DNA from: Antedon mediterranea
Lineage: Eukaryota; Animalia; Echinodermata
Reading direction: 5' to 3'
Length of the DNA stretch: 64,000 nucleotides
Assembly: GCF_964355755.1 (NCBI RefSeq)
Contig: NC_092676.1
Span: 377,788 to 441,787 of the forward strand
The notes under the pieces: generated by a model
Seen by the model: only the letters and a program-made list of their open reading frames with translations
Databases searched by the model: none
What the model was told of the DNA's origin: nothing
Part shown: positions 63,401-64,000 of the stretch, piece after piece
How the letters are laid out: each line of letters starts with the position of its first letter
Numbering within the stretch: the stretch's first letter is position 1
Program-made: the position numbers and the translations under genes

Positions 63401-64000
63401 ATATGGTAGTGATATGACATCATCATGTCCATATATGGACAAGTCACATTTTGTTGTCTCATAAAATTTGATAGTGTAGACACAGCTGTTGCCAACCGTA
63501 ACATTTTAAAAAAGTAAATATTTATGATTATCAATTTTTTAAATTTAATATTTTCTTTCCAGCTCCAACAATGGGTGATACTTATGTAATACAAGGTAAA
63601 ATATATTTTTTTATTCAATTTTCAAAATATACAGTATTTATTTATTGTGATATAAATACTGTGTGGTTCGTAATTTTTCCTGAAATTATTTAACTAATTT
63701 AAAAAATTAATATTTTTGCGCTGTTTTAGATAACTCATCGACACCTCTTAAACGAAGCAACAGTGATAAACGTGCAATGACTGCCAGAAATTTAAATCCA
63801 AAAACAGCCAATAACAGAAATCCAGAAACTCTTCCTAACAGTCTGTGCTCAACAACCAATTGTAGACAAACATTCACCTCAGAAACTAGTAAAAATGTTG
63901 CCATTACTCACCAAAAATCAGCTTTAATAGGAACACCGATGCGCGTGTGTACCCCTCGTCAAAATCCTCTTGGGACTCCAATGCGTGTACGTACTCCTCA
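57425..64000 (+). CDS. KIF18A: Kinesin-8 motor, KIF18A-like (3' end beyond the window)
   Basis: Exons 57425-57776, 58102-58262, 58372-58476, 59272-59382, 59851-60048, 60288-60385, 60493-60568, 60775-60849, 61073-61176, 61415-61580, 61720-61884, 62147-62268, 62456-62676, 63563-63595, 63730 to end. P-loop [34 protein letters not shown] and [19 protein letters not shown]; loop-2 segment FDPKE...FYHGKK...[11 protein letters not shown] is kinesin-8/KIF18-type. Confidence 0.92.
58727..59278 (+). repeat. 50-bp tandem repeat, 11 copies, each containing the KIF18 splice acceptor and the first exon bases
   Basis: Unit TACAATAGTATTTATTGTAATTTGTGCTATGTTATTGTGTTACAG|CCTGC; AG ends at 58771, 58821, ... 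59271; only the last continues into the in-frame exon (PASAQDL). Confidence 0.97.
63339..63488. mobile_element. MITE family B copy
   Basis: TA-AAGCTCTATCTACATTATCAAAC ... TTTGATAGTGTAGACACAGCT. Confidence 0.8.

Overview
AT-rich, intron-rich animal genomic DNA (invertebrate; an echinoderm or other invertebrate deuterostome is my guess and cannot be proven from the window). Five spliced genes lie on the + strand, each reconstructed by hand from GT-AG boundaries with consistent phases: (1) a DCDC1-like multi-doublecortin/ricin-B protein with 38 coding exons (1369-22802); (2) a 3-exon SAM/PNT-only gene that closely resembles Drosophila Mae/edl (31064-34933); (3) CCDC91/p56 (37360-42805); (4) phosphatidylserine synthase 2, PTDSS2 (47249-53440); (5) kinesin-8 KIF18A-like (57425 to the window end). 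Introns and intergenic DNA carry many minisatellites, MITEs, nested 9-bp-TSD elements, a 1.8-kb fold-back element and LINE remnants. Most notable: (a) tandem arrays in three genes that multiply real splice sites (10 or more donors, 16 donors, 11 acceptors); in one array every unit reads as a 79-nt GT-AG intron plus an in-frame 15-nt micro-exon; (b) a 455-codon in-frame, coding-like repeat extension directly behind the single TGA that ends DCDC1; (c) a Mae-like ETS-pathway modulator in a CpG-rich domain with many ETS sites. No prokaryotic-type features (CRISPR, rRNA, operons) were seen.
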